64,000 nucleotides of DNA from Octopus sinensis. Its lineage: Eukaryota. Where the stretch lies: contig NC_043008.1 of NCBI RefSeq assembly GCF_006345805.1, positions 54,250,001 to 54,314,000 of the forward strand. Reading direction: 5' to 3'. Below, one piece after another: positions 38,035 to 51,811 of this stretch (positions within the stretch are counted from its first letter, which is position 1; each line of letters opens with the position of its first letter). The position numbers were made by a program, and so were the translations under genes. The notes under the pieces were generated by a model. That model was not told where the DNA came from. It worked only from the letters and a program-made list of their open reading frames with translations, and did no database searches.

Positions 38035-40990
38035 CACAATCAGGAACGGCCATAATAGGCCATTCACCCACTAGAAATAACAGCCAAAAGCTTCAAAACC
38101 GCAAAATAACATCAATTCCGTAACCAGGAGAAAATTAAAAAACATTTACCCTGTAATTTCTTATACGATGCACCGTTTCACCTACTGTTTAATGGTAAAC
38201 TAACCTGATTAAATTAAATCAAGCCAATCTACCACCATAGGCCTTAGATTCATCAGTAAGAATAGCCAAGTCGGAACAGATATTTTTCACGAGGCATTCC
38301 CGTCCCTGCCTCGGCAATATCTGACCTAAAATTCTCAAATCATCGCACTCGCGCCAAATTTATCGGCAGCAATAAATATAAGCCGCCGATTCCATTACGG
38401 AATTAACCATAAAAATTCATAATTAATCAATATAGGGTGGCAAAAAAATTTTGTAGAATTTTTTTGCCACCAGCGGCCTAGTGGGAAAAAATTTAATAGT
38501 CATAGACCATTTTTAAGTTCAACATCACAATCAAGGAACGGCCATAATAGGCCATTCACCCACTAGAAATAACAGCCAAAAGCTTCAACCGCAAAATAAC
38601 ATCAATTCCGTAAACAGGAGAAAATTAAAAAACATTTACCCTGTAATTTCTTATACGATGCACCGTTTCATCTACTGTTTAATGGTAAACTAACATGATT
38701 AAATTAAATCAGCCAATCTACCATAGGCCCTTAGATTCATCAGTAAGAAATACAAGTCGGAACAGATATTTTTCACGAGCATTCCCGTCCCTGCCTCGGC
38801 AATATCTGACCTAAAATTTCAAATCATCGCACTCGCGCGCAAATTTTATCGGCACAAATAAATATAAGCCGCCGATTCCATTACGAATTAACCAAAAATT
38901 CATAATTAATCAATATAGGGTGGCAAAAAAATTTTGTAGAATTTTTTTTGCCACCAGCAGCGGCCTAGTGGGAAAAAATTTAAATAGTCATAGACCATTT
39001 TTAAGTTCAACATCACAATCAAGGAACGGCCATATAAGGCCATTCACCCACTAGAAATAACAGCCAAAAGCTTCAAAACCGCAAAATAACATCAATTCCG
39101 TAAACCAGGAGAAAATTAAAAAACATTTACCCTGTAATTTCTTATACGATGCACCGTTTCATCTACTGTTTAATGGTAACTAACCTGATTAAATTAAATC
39201 AAGCCAATCTACCATAGGCCCTTAGATTCATCATAAGAAATAGCCAAGTCGGAACAGATATTTTTCACGAGGCATTCCCGTCCCTGCCTCGGCAATATCT
39301 GACCTAAAATTTTCAAATCAATCGCACTCGCGCCAAATTTATCGGCAGCAAATAAATATACGCGCCGATTCCATTACGGAATTAACCAGAAAATTCATAA
39401 TTAATCAATATAGGGTGGCAAAAAAATTTTGTAGAATTTTTTTCCACCACGGCCTAGTGGGAAAAATTTTAAATAGTCATAGACCATTTTTAAGTTCAAC
39501 ATCACAATCAAGGAACGGCATAATAGGCCATTCACCCACTAGAAATAACAGCCAAAAGCTTCAACCGCAAAATACATCAATTCCGTAAACCAGGAGAAAT
39601 TAAAAAACATTTACCTGTAATTTCTTATACGATGCACCGTTTCATCTACTGTTTAATGGTAAACTAACCTGATTAAATTAAATCAAGCCAATCTACCATA
39701 GGCCCTTAGATTCATCAGTAAGAAATAGCCAAGTCGGAACAGATATTTTCACGAGGCATTCCCGTCCCTGCCTCGGCAATATCTGACCTAAAATTTTCAA
39801 ATCATCGCACTCGCGCCAAATTTATCGGCAGCAAATAAATATAAGCCGCCGATTCATTACGGAATTAACCATAAAATTCATAATTAATCAATATAGGGTG
39901 GCAAAAAAATTTTGTAGAATTTTTTTGCCACCAGCGGCCTAGTGGGAAAAAATTTAATAGTCATAGACCATTTTTAAGTTCAACATCGCAATCAAGGAAC
40001 GGCCATAATAGGCCATTCACCACTAGAAATAACAGCCAAAAGCTTCAACCGCAATAACCATCATTCCGTAACCAGGAGAAATTAAAAAACATTTACCCTG
40101 TAATTTCTTATACGATGCACCGTTTCATCTACTGTTTAACGGGAATGCCTCGTGAAAAATATCTGTTCCGACTTGGCTATTTCTTACTGATGAATCTAAG
40201 GGCCTATGGTAGATTGACTTGATTTAATTAATCGGTTTAGTTTACCATTAAACAGTAGATGAAACGGTGCATCGTATAAGAAATTACAGGGTAAATGTTT
40301 TTTAATTTTCTCCTGGTTTACGGAATTGATGTTATTTTGCGGTTGAAGCTTTTGGCTGTTATTTCTAGTGGGTGAATGGCCTATTATGGCCGTTCCTTGA
40401 TTGTGATGTTGAACTTAAAATGGTCTATGACTATTTAAATTTTTTCCCACTAGGCCGCTGGTGGCAAAAAAATCTACAAAATTTTTTGCCACCCTATATT
40501 GATTAATTATGAATTTTATGGTTAATTCCGTAATGGAATCGGCGGTTTTATATTTATTTGCTGCCGATAAATTTGGCGCGAGTGCGATGATTTGAAATTT
40601 TAGGTCAGATATTGCCGAGGCGGGACGGGAATGCCTCGTGAAAAATATCTGTTCCGACTTGGCTATTTCTTACTGATGAATCTAAGGGCCTATGGTAGAT
40701 TGGCTTGATTTAATTTAATCAGGTTAGTTTACCATTAAACAGTAGATGAAACGGTGCATCGTATAAGAAATTACAGGGTAAATTTTTTTAATTTTCTCCT
40801 GGTTTACGGAATTGATGTTTTTTGCGGTTAAGCGTTTGGCTGTTATTTCTAGTGGGTGAATGGCCTATTATGGCCGTTCCTGATTGTGATGTTGAACTTA
40901 AAAATGGTCTATGACTATTTAAATTTTTTCCCACTAGGCCGCTGGTGGCAAAAAATCTACAAAATTTTTGGCACCCTATATTGATTAATT
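38033..40990. repeat. ~488-bp satellite array: ~4.3 forward units then ~1.8 reverse units
   Basis: Unit start atcacaatcaaggaacggcc at 38033, 38524, 39012, 39501 and 39985. Orientation switches at ~40140. Both ends abut (TA)n. Confidence 0.95.
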
Positions 40991-40992
40991 TA

Positions 40993-41054
<62 letters not shown>

Positions 41055-41372
41055 TATGATGGGCTTCTTTCAGTTTCTTTTACCAATTCCACTGACTGTG
41101 TTACAGTGTTATCCACTGTAATAGTATACACCACCAGTGGGACTGAACCCGAAACTAGGTGACTGAAAAGTAAGCTTTTCAACCAATCAACCATGTCTGT
41201 GCCTATTAACTCCAATAAATATCGATTTGTTACAACCCGTATGTATCGTCTGACAGTTGTTACATAATAGTATAATGGTTTCCTTCCATTGCCGCATTTT
41301 GTGTTCAACCAACCGGTTTCTAAACGAATTTCTGTCGTGTTTTCCTCATCGCTACACAAATAAATATAATCC

Positions 41373-41413
<41 letters not shown>

Positions 41414-41559
41414 ACAAACACACACTCGTACATGCACGCACACAAACGCAGACATATAAATGCGTTCAGATAGGTAGGCAGATAGATAGACAGATAGATA
41501 GATAGATAGATAGACATATTATATATATATATGTCTGTGTATCTATCTATTTCTCTCTT

Positions 41560-41635
<76 letters not shown>

Positions 41636-41657
41636 TATCATATATATACATATATAT

Positions 41658-41714
<57 letters not shown>

Positions 41715-41722
41715 TATATATC

Positions 41723-43648
41723 TACCCCAGAGCTTTCTACAGGTATGCCAAGAAACAGCTACGGTGCACTGTAGAATAGGGCCACTCCTCGAAAAGGATG
41801 GCACACTTACAGGAAAACCAATGAGGGTAAGTGAAATACTGAATGAGCAATTAAGAGTGTTTTTCACTTCACCCCTTGGGCATCTCCAATCACCATCCAA
41901 CTGACTTTTTTAACCACTGCAGATATAAAATCAGAGGCGCGACGATAGATACAATTACATCGATATAAAGGAAGACGATGTAATCAAGGCTTAGATGAAA
42001 TGAAAACAGACTCAGCTACTGGCCCCGATGGATTCCCGGCAATCCTCCTAAAGCATGTAAGAGAGTCCTAGCAAGACCACTGCAGTTCCTCTTTCAGAGC
42101 TTCCTTGCAGCAGCTGGCAACTTCCAAGAAAACTGAAGGAAGGTAAAAATAGCCCCATTCATAAAGGAGTAGCAGAGCGGAAGCCAGAACTATAGACCTA
42201 TCTCTCTGACCTCACACATCGCAGGTCATGGAACGAATAGGTCAGAAGGGCTGATCACCTTCCTTGAAGAGAATGACTTGCTGCCCGACACCCAACAATG
42301 GTTTCCGACCAGGGAGAAGCTGTTTAACTCAGCTCCTACACACTATGACTGGGTGCTGAAACGGCTTGCTCAACCACTCAAATGTGGAGGTGATATATCT
42401 CGACTTTGCAAAGGCCTTTTGATAAAGTCGATCATGGAATGATATGTCACAAACTGCGTGATCTCAACATAGTTGGAAACTGGGAGAATGGCTCATGCTT
42501 TTCTGAAAGATAGAAGTCAGGTGGTAGTAGCCAATGGGGCCACTTCCATTAACACGCAAAAAGTGAGGCGTGTTCCGCAGGGCAACTGTTCTGGGACCAC
42601 TACTGTTCATAATGGCCCTCTCAGACATGCCCTCAGTCACGCAGAGCCACATCACAAGTTATGCAGATGATACAAAAGTTTCACAAGCAATACAGAACCC
42701 TGAGGACACTAAACACCTGCAATGTGAGCTGGACAAAATATACAGTGGGCCGAAAAGAATAGCACGCAGTTCAATGCTGAAAATTTCAAGCTCTATACTA
42801 TCAGCATGCAAACTAAATGCAATACCCAATGAATACTGGACCCGGAGGAATAGCAATCCAGAGGCACAATCAGTGCGTGACCTAGGTATTTACATGAGTG
42901 ATGACGCGACCTTTCGTGTACATGTTTCTAAATTGGCAATGAAATGTAGACGACTGGCCGGATGGATCCTCAGAACCTTTAAACAAGAGAACAAGACAAC
43001 CATGAGGGTCCTCTGGAGGACACTTGTCCTAAGCCACTTTGACTACTGCTCTCAGTTATGGTCACCATCCAGTGTCAATTGATCACAGAGCTCGAGGCGA
43101 CGATCCAACGTAGCTACACGAAGAAGATAGCCTCTATGCAGAATGTAAGCTACTGGGAAAGACACAAGAGATTAAAACTATTCCCTGGAGCGTAGGCGGG
43201 AAAGAATGCCATAATATACATCTGGGAAGATCCTGGAGGGCGTGTCCTGAACTTTGGCATCGAGAGTTACGCAAATGCCAGAACTGGGCGCCACGCGTGT
43301 GCCTAGGGCTCCAAACTTGCCATCAAGATTAGGACAAGATTCTGTGTGATAGCCTGGGCTTTCGAGGCCCACAGCTCTTCAATATCCTCCCGAGAACCTG
43401 AGAGACCTGCATGGTGGATGCAGATGTCTTTAAAAATAAGCTGGATCTCTTCCTGTCAGGTGTCCCAGATGAACCAACCTCACGGCAGGAGGGGCAGATG
43501 AGGGCAGCTGCATCGAACTCTCTCATGCACCAAATGGCAGTTGCTAGAAAGCTTTCGTGAAGTGAAACCAAGTAGCAACACCAAATGGCGGTGCGCCAGC
43601 ATGGCCACAGCTCATAAGCTGAAACTAGAATCAATCAATCAATCAATC

Positions 43649-43649
<1 letters not shown>
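41723..43649 (+). mobile_element. CR1-type LINE, 5'-truncated ORF2 (RT) with 3' tail and (AATC)n
   Basis: RT motifs across frames: ATGPDGFP, NYRPISLTSH, YLDFAKAFDKVDH, GVPQGTVLGPLLF, SYADDTK, DYCSQLWSP, PDEP. Ends in (aatc)n. Many 1-bp frameshifts. Confidence 0.95.
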
Positions 43650-43679
<30 letters not shown>

Positions 43680-43894
43680 CATACATACATACATATCTAT
43701 ATATATAAAAGAGAGGTTATGTCTGTTTGTCTGTTTGTCCCACAAAACATAATTGAGACACCATCTCATTTATAAGCGTGGGTTTTTTGTCCACTTACAC
43801 ACCTTAACTATGGTGATGACAATGAATACGATGGTGTGACCAGAGCTAAAGTGCCAAAATTTTCAAAGAATCGACACTTTTCAATCTCCCCCTC

Positions 43895-43968
<74 letters not shown>

Positions 43969-44585
43969 ATTTATCTTTCTGTCTTTCTGTTTGGCCGGAA
44001 ATTGCCCTGTGGCTAGAATGGTCAGCGTTCAAATCAATGACAACCACCACACCACATAAGCATAAACAGAGAGCCAATTCTGCGACAAATTAATAAACAC
44101 AACCAGTAATACACTCGTGTCGATTAAATAAAAATTTACAGATTTTCCGAAAGACACAAATCAATTATCCTCTACCGTTTTATGGTAGGTATGTCATGAA
44201 TAATTACGATGTATTCTTTCGAGTCTTTTATCAATCAGTTAATCGATATTTTCAATTATTTCAACTTCAGACTAATTGACATCAGTCTGGGACGGAAGAG
44301 TCTTGATAATATATATTATTTGAAAAAGAATTAATGTTATGAGTTTCTGAATTATCGGATTTTATATAGTATTATTTTTGTAATTCGGGTTTCGTGGGAG
44401 CTCCTGGAATCTCACATGAATAACGGACTTGCTACCTACAACCTTCGGTACTATCTTATTTGTTCTCTTCAATGATCTACTACTTTGTGGATGATTGTGG
44501 CCCTGCCAAGGAGGCAAACTTTTTGCAACAGCTCTATTGAGCACTCTCCATTTCCTTTATGTTCCACTTAATACCTTCGGAGTGG

Positions 44586-45087
44586 AGACGCGTGACTTAG
44601 TGGTTAGGGTGTTGAATTCATGATCGTAAGGTTGCGGTTTCGATTCCTAGACCGAGTAATACTTTGTGTTCTTGAGCAAAACATTTCATTTTCACGTTGC
44701 TCCAGTTAATTCAGCTGCCAAAAATGAGTAATCCTGCGACGGACCAGCGTCCCGTCCAGGTGGGGAATTTCTACGCCACTGAAACCGGGAAACCGGCCCT
44801 TATGAACCTGGCATGGCTCGAGAAGGAACATTTATTTGTGAAGGCGCGTGGCTTAGTGGTTAGTGTGTCAGCATCATGATCGTAAGATTGTGGTTTCGAT
44901 TCCTGGACAGGGGCGACGCGTTGTGTTCTTGAGCAAAACACTTCATTTCACGTTGCTCCAATCCACTCAGCTGGCAAAAATGAGTAACGCTGCGATGGAC
45001 TGGCGTCCCGTCCAGTTGGGGAACACATACGCCATAGAAACCGGGAAACCGGTCACATGGGCCTGGCTAGGCTTTAAAAGGGCGCAT
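44586..45087 (+). mobile_element. SINE family D, two adjacent copies
   Basis: Heads (g)gcgcgtgRcttagtggttag...ggtttcgattcct at ~44586 and ~44844; degenerate inverted copy at 18130-18355. Confidence 0.85.
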
Positions 45088-45109
45088 TTATTTTATATCT
45101 TCGGATACT

Positions 45110-46000
45110 GTCTCCAAGACCCTAACAATAATTTGCACCATATTCACCTTTCTCATCTTCTACAGTCGGGCTATCCCGTATTTGAAAGGATTAAGAGAAT
45201 CGCCTTCTTAACTATCCGTGGGTCAAATAGGCATTCAACAACAATTATAGGACATACATGGTTTACTTATCCACCACCAATAGTACTGATTTGTGGTGTT
45301 CAAGCACCAGGTTCATTTGAAATGCGATATCCCTCAGGATTTTACAAGTCTTCAACTTGGTCACTCTCTTTGGTTTGAGATCGTACCATGTCTTACCTCT
45401 CTAACTACCACTTTCTCCAGTTTCCATCACACCGCCAATACTTATACTGGTTTAGGGTAAGTCTAGGACATTCATTTACAATGGATTTTCATAAAATCCT
45501 TTGAAAATTCGGCACAATAAAGACACTTACTTCTAAAAGTGATTCTCCAATTTGTGGTCAAAGTTTGTTCCTGTGCTGCAAATATAGGGCTCTGAGTTTC
45601 ATTTTTCAGTGTTCCTTTCTTTAACCAGTCCCACGTATATTCTCCAGCAACTTCAGTAGTGACTACATAGAATTGATTGTGTAGTCCCTTGTTGAGTAAT
45701 GCTTCTTCATGTCTTTCTTGTACTTCTTAATTTGCTCTTTTCTTTTTTTTCTGCTTTCAATACAGCCTCTCTTTTTTTTTTTACTGCCAATAACAATGTT
45801 TCCTCAGTTGGGTTAGATATCTCATTAAGTTCCCATGTTCAATACGCACGCAGTCTTCCACAATTATCAGTCCCCTTTCTCCAATTACTCTCTTCATGTA
45901 TTGATGATCAATGTCAGCAGGTGAACGATGGGCTCCATGCATGGTTAGAAGCTTTCTTGTCTTCCTGCCCAACACTTTTAGCTCATTTTCTGTTCACTTC
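45110..46000 (-). mobile_element. R4/Dong-like LINE fragment (post-RT region, CCHC, REL endonuclease)
   Basis: GRKTRKLLTMHGAH...GERGLI.VEDCV, WDWLKKGTLK...FAAQEQ.LTT, CR...ECP and ILRDIAFQM..V...P-type motifs; decayed. Confidence 0.75.
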
Positions 46001-46084
46001 AGAATTCCAGTGCAAGTTCGCACGAGTAAATTGCGGAAATTATGTTTTCGGCATTCAACTTTGAATCTATCTCTTTTTTCTCTT

Positions 46085-46284
46085 TTCTCTTTTACTTGTT
46101 TCAGTCATTTGACTGCGGCCATGCTGGAGCACCGCCTTTAGTCGAGCAAATCGACCCGAGACTTATTCTTTGTAAACCCAGTACTTATTCTATCGGTCTC
46201 TTTTGCCGAACCGCTAAGTAACGGGGACGTAAACACACCAGCATCAGTTGTCAAGCAATGCTAGGGGGACAAACACACACACAT

Positions 46285-46321
<37 letters not shown>

Positions 46322-46485
46322 CGACAGGCTTCTTTCAGTTTCCGTCTACCAAATCCACTCACAAGGCATTGGTCGGCCCGGGGCTATAGCAGAAGACACT
46401 TGCCCAAGATGCCACGCAGTGGGACTGAACCCGGGACCATGTGGTTGGTTAGCAAGCTACTTACCACACAGCCACTCCTGCGCCT
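46085..46485 (-). mobile_element. SINE family A, full-length copy
   Basis: Head with A/B-box-like motifs, central (TA/CA)n, tail ggcggtgctccagcatggccgcagtcaaatgactgaaacaagtaaaag. Confidence 0.92.
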
Positions 46486-46777
46486 ATCTTTCTGAATCGT
46501 CGCAAATACTTTTTCTTCGAGTCATCCATGAATAGCAAGTGGTTCAGATTTATGTTGTTATCAAAACTTCTGTAACAACTCTACTGGACACTCTATTCCG
46601 ATTGCATATACATTCCTCTTGATGCCTTCTGACACTATTCCCAAGCACCCGACACTAACAGGTACTAAATTCACCTTCGTTTTCCATGGTTGGGCTATCT
46701 CGTATTTGAGAGGATTAACGGAAGTAAGTTAGATACACTTAACGAAACATGTTTTACACTATATATTATATTATTAA

Positions 46778-47160
46778 AGAGGCGCAATGGCCCAGTGGTT
46801 AGGGCAGCAGACTCGCGGTCATAGGATCGCGGTTTCGATTCCCAGACCGGGCGTTGTGAGTGTTTATTGAGCGAAAACACCTAAAAGCTCCACGAGGCTC
46901 CGGCAGGGATGGTGGTGCCCTGCTGTACTCTTTCACCACAACTTTCTCTTACTCTTACTTCTTGTTTCTGTTGTACCTGTATTTCAAAGGGCCGGCCTTG
47001 TCACTCTCGTGTCAACGCTGAATATCCCCGAGAACTACGTTAAGGTACACGTGTCTGTGAGTGCTCAGCCACTTACACGTTAATTTCACGAGCAGGCTGT
47101 TCCGTTGATTCGGATCAACCGGAACCCTCATCGTCGTAACCGACGGAGTGCTTCCATCCA
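46778..47160 (+). mobile_element. SINE family C (tRNA-like head ggcgcaatggcccagtggttagggcagc)
   Basis: A-box/B-box head; inverted partial copy at 25530-25785. Confidence 0.85.
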
Positions 47161-47254
47161 TCCCATATTATTAAAAATATTATATATAACATAGTTTATT
47201 CGAAAATGCTTTACGGAAACTATTTACCATTTATGCGGCAAGCTGTTTCTTATT

Positions 47255-47660
47255 TCTTTTTTGCCCACAAGGGGCTAAATACAGAGGGGACAAACAAGGA
47301 CAGACAAACGGATTAAGTCGATTACTTCGACCCCAGTGCGTAACTGGTACTTAATTTATCGAACCCGAAAGGATGACAGGCAAAGTCAACCTCGGCGGAA
47401 TTTGAACTCAGAACGTAGCGACAGACGGAATACCTATTTCTTTACTACCCACAAGGGGCTAAACACAGAGAGGACAAACAAGGACAGACAAACGGATTAA
47501 GTCGATTATATAGACCCCAGTAACTGGTACTTATTTAATCGAGCCCGAAAGGATGAAAGGCAAAGTCGACCTCGGCGGAATTTGAACTCAAAACGTAACG
47601 GCAGACGATATACCGCTAAGCATTTCACCCGGCGTGCTAACGATTCTGCCAGCTCGCTGC
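47255..47660 (-). mobile_element. SINE family B dimer
   Basis: Same junction type at ~47425-47445. Confidence 0.88.
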
Positions 47661-49035
47661 CTTAAACAACGGTAAGCTGTTTCTCTCAAACATTTTACCA
47701 GAAAATTAATAGTAGTTCCTTAATTTCAGATTCAAATTTCTAATCCTACCAAATATTATGAAGTAATTATTATCTCCCTTGTAATAGCTACTACAACTAC
47801 TAGAGGAACGATACGTATTTAACGTAGTTTTTTTTAACAAAAATACTTAAATGGATGTGTTTTCCTGTTGCATAATTCGAATTATATTCTGTTTATGCGG
47901 CGCCTCTACAAATCAGTGTATAGATTGAGATTGTATACAATCACTAAATGCTTCGGACTCGCTGATTCTATTTCGTTTCCTAAGTGACACAAGTATGTGA
48001 CATTGAGAAACTACAACAGTAATGAAATACGTATCGCATTCACATATGAGACGGTTTCGTTTCGCCAAGCTCTGAAAACATTGTGTTATTTAACACAGTA
48101 TTTCTATAAAGGGATTTTATGGGGACGAAAACCACAGCCACTAACTTTTCAACAATACAATACATATACGTTGAGTATGTTTCAATGATAAAGAGTTTAA
48201 AACAAAATTTTATGAATAACAAGTTAAACTATAAAAGAATGTTAACATAAAACGCTAATGGAAAATATCTAATGTCTTTTATTATATAAAGGCTTATATT
48301 TAAAAATGTTGTTTCACTAGAATTGTTAAAAAGAAAATGATTTATATGACAGAAATTGTGCAATAGAAAATATTAACTTGAAATGTGTAACAGCAAATTC
48401 CTTAGATTAAAATATTGTACAAAATTATTTCAATGAAAAAATTTAAGAAATTATTAACTGGAAATGGTGGTTAACTTCATTTATCTTTTTTGGATTGTTT
48501 CAGTCATTCGACAGTGGCCATGCTGGTGCAACGCTTTGAAGGGTTTTAGTCGAACGATTCGACCTCACTACTTAATGTTTAAAGTTTGATACTCATTTTA
48601 TTGGTTCTTTTGCAGAACCGTCAAGTACGGGGGCGGAAACAAAGCAAATTCCGGTGGTCAAAATGAGAAAGGACAAAGATACACATACGCACATGTTTTC
48701 GTTCTCGTCCTTCTGTTGTAACAAAATGGCTTTTCCGTTTTCGTTTCTGTTGAGTTTTACGTCTTTTTGTGGTGTCCTGTACATATATATATTTATATAT
48801 GCATGTATATATACATGCAGATGTCGGTACGTACATATATGTTTGTATGTATGCTTATATTTTATTTATTATATATATATATATATATAAACGAGCTAAA
48901 AGTTTTTATTTTTCATTCTCTTTGAAATTGCTTAAATTTTTTATTTTGTGGTCTTCGGTCGTTTTCACTGTCTCCTAGTGTGTAGAAATTGCCCGTTATA
49001 GGTAATTTCTCTTTGTGTTTAAATGTACACTATTT

Positions 49036-49067
<32 letters not shown>

Positions 49068-49325
49068 GCAAAAGAGGTGCTAATAGAGAGGGATTATCAA
49101 TTCCGGCAAAATACTTCGTAAGCTGTCCAGGCTAACGATATTATTTAGATTAGTGAAGAACTCCGGGTATTCTTGAGGCAGGGTCCAAGGTTATAGTTCA
49201 TCGCAATTCTATATTGCAAATCCGTAGATGGACTCCTGACAAACTGTTTTTTACACAGAGTGATATATAAAAAACAAGTTTAAATAATGCTCACAAACAC
49301 ACACACATACACACACACACACACT

Positions 49326-49357
<32 letters not shown>

Positions 49358-49533
49358 TATATACAACTTATAAATAAGGGCAAACGAAAAAATTTCTAAT
49401 GCCAAATATGCCGAAAATTGGACATATTGTCCATTTACCATATAATTTTTTCCAAGTACGCACGCTACTCGAAAAAAGGCCGACAAAATCTCTAAATTCC
49501 ATTATTACCTATATCGGACCGATTTCAGGCTTA

Positions 49534-49615
<82 letters not shown>

Positions 49616-50752
49616 TATACACACACACCATGTAATTATACAACCATATTTATATATGTTCTATATGTATTTATGTATATATATATATAGATATATATAT
49701 ATTATATGTGCATGTATGTGTATGCATCTATGTATATATGTATGCAAGTATGTATGTATGTATGTATGTATGTATGTATGTATGTATGTATGTATGTATG
49801 TATGTATGTATGTATGTATGAATGAATGACTGAATGAATGAATTTATATACATATAATTTTTCAAGCACCTGTTTTTCCTAGCGGTTGCAGTTGTTACAA
49901 GAGAGATCATCCTTCCTTCATGATATTTGGCAAGTTCGGAAAACTTAATTTGTTATTATGGAATTATAAAGAAAAATATGCATAGAATTCACATATTTAA
50001 ATTTCTTTTGTCTGTGTTTCATTTTTTTTTTACCTTTTACGAAGTCCTTAAAATTTTCTTGTCGGTAGAGAATAAAAATAATTTTTTATTGAAGCCTTAA
50101 AACCCATCACCATGTTCTGTTGGTCTTAAATTTGTAAGACGTTGCAATTCAAGTAAATGTATGCGTGCTAATACAGAAAAATAAAATGGTTTTCAATATT
50201 ACATGCCTTTTATTTGAAACGTAATTCTTGAGTCAAACAATTTTGGTAAATCTCAAATGAAACCTAGAAACATGTTGAAAATGGTAAATGAAGCAATAAT
50301 AGTTAGCTGGTAATCAAAGGTGTTTTTCCTGCTTCATACCTATACTGAAAAAAAGGAAGAATGATGGATGAGATTGAAAAGTCATAGGTAAGGTGTTAAC
50401 CTATTCCATTCAATTAGACATATATTGCTACTTTGGTAGCATCAACCAATGTTGTCGTTGTTGAAGTCGCTTTCGTTGTTGCTTTTGTATAGCCCGAACA
50501 CCTTCTTGATTGAGCGGACTTATGAACAGAATGTATTTAACCATGGCTACTATATAAGTATATATATATATATATATATATCATATATTATATATATATA
50601 TGTATGTATGTATGCGTATGTGTGTGTATTATATCACATATATATATATATATAGATATATATATATATATATATGTACGTACGCATTTATGTATGCATA
50701 TATGTATGTAAGTATTATGTATGTATGTATGTGTGTAATATATATATATATG

Positions 50753-50783
<31 letters not shown>

Positions 50784-50831
50784 CTATATGTATGTATATA
50801 TATCTATATGTATGTCATACATATATCTATA

Positions 50832-50891
<60 letters not shown>

Positions 50892-50917
50892 TATATATAT
50901 AATAATATATCTATATA

Positions 50918-51565
50918 ACTTAGAATAACTTAGAAAGGTTTTGGCCAGTATTGGCCCAGGCCATGTCTAACTTAATAGCACCACCTGGCGAAGTCTTTCA
51001 ATTCAGGATTTGGGCACCAATGCCCATTCGAGCAAGAGAGTTATGTTTGCGGAGACATATCCGGGTGTGGGTGGTTTGTCCGGGACTGTTTGAAAGAATT
51101 TGTCCAAAGACTTCTTGAATTTTGTGTGGTCAGTTTCTTTTTTGATGTCCTGGTGTAATGTTGAAGAGAGCAGGTCCAATTGAGGTGAAGTAGTTGTGCC
51201 GTATTGTCGTTATGTGATGCGATTTAGATTTTTGTTGTGGACGGATGGCACGTGGTCCAAGCCTTGGATGTATTTTGAAGGTGATGCCAACATCATTCGG
51301 ACAGTGCGGATGGAATATTTTCCACATCATACAGATAATGTAGCGTTCACGGCGTCGTTGGAGTGTATACAGTTTCAGCTTCTCTAGTCTACCCCAGTAG
51401 TCAAGGTCTGACATGCCATCTATCTTTTTTGTGATTGACCTTTGGGGAGCTTCAATTCTCATAATATTTTGTTTTATGTAGGGAGACCACAGTGGACAGC
51501 AGTATTCAAGGTGGGATCGGGCAAAAGTGGAGAAGAGAAGGATAATAGTGTGGGAATCTATCATG
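50918..51565 (-). mobile_element. CR1-type LINE 3' fragment (second family)
   Basis: ORF 51130-51564: RSHLEYCCPLWSP...LQRRRERY...GPALFN, then PDKP. Short tandem tail (ttctaag). Confidence 0.9.
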
Positions 51566-51733
51566 TTGGATTGCTTTTTTTTTCATTCATTCTCTAGTTC
51601 CCCTTATTCCTTTCTGTCAAAGAGCGTACGCTCGAAATGTAAAAGACTTCTAGATTTTTCCAGAGCGTCAAACTAATAGACTTGCTTGTTGTTCCTACAC
51701 CAGTCTTCGTCTTTTGTTTTTTTATAAATTTCA

Positions 51734-51811
<78 letters not shown>

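Noticed and set aside
38033-40990. Satellite as a 5S rRNA, snRNA, spliced-leader or CRISPR-like array
   Set aside because: No 5S, snRNA or Sm-site similarity recognised; units are whole-length copies without unique spacers.
44586-47160. tRNA-like heads of SINE families C and D as tRNA genes
   Set aside because: They have A/B boxes but no complete cloverleaf and continue into SINE bodies repeated elsewhere in the window.
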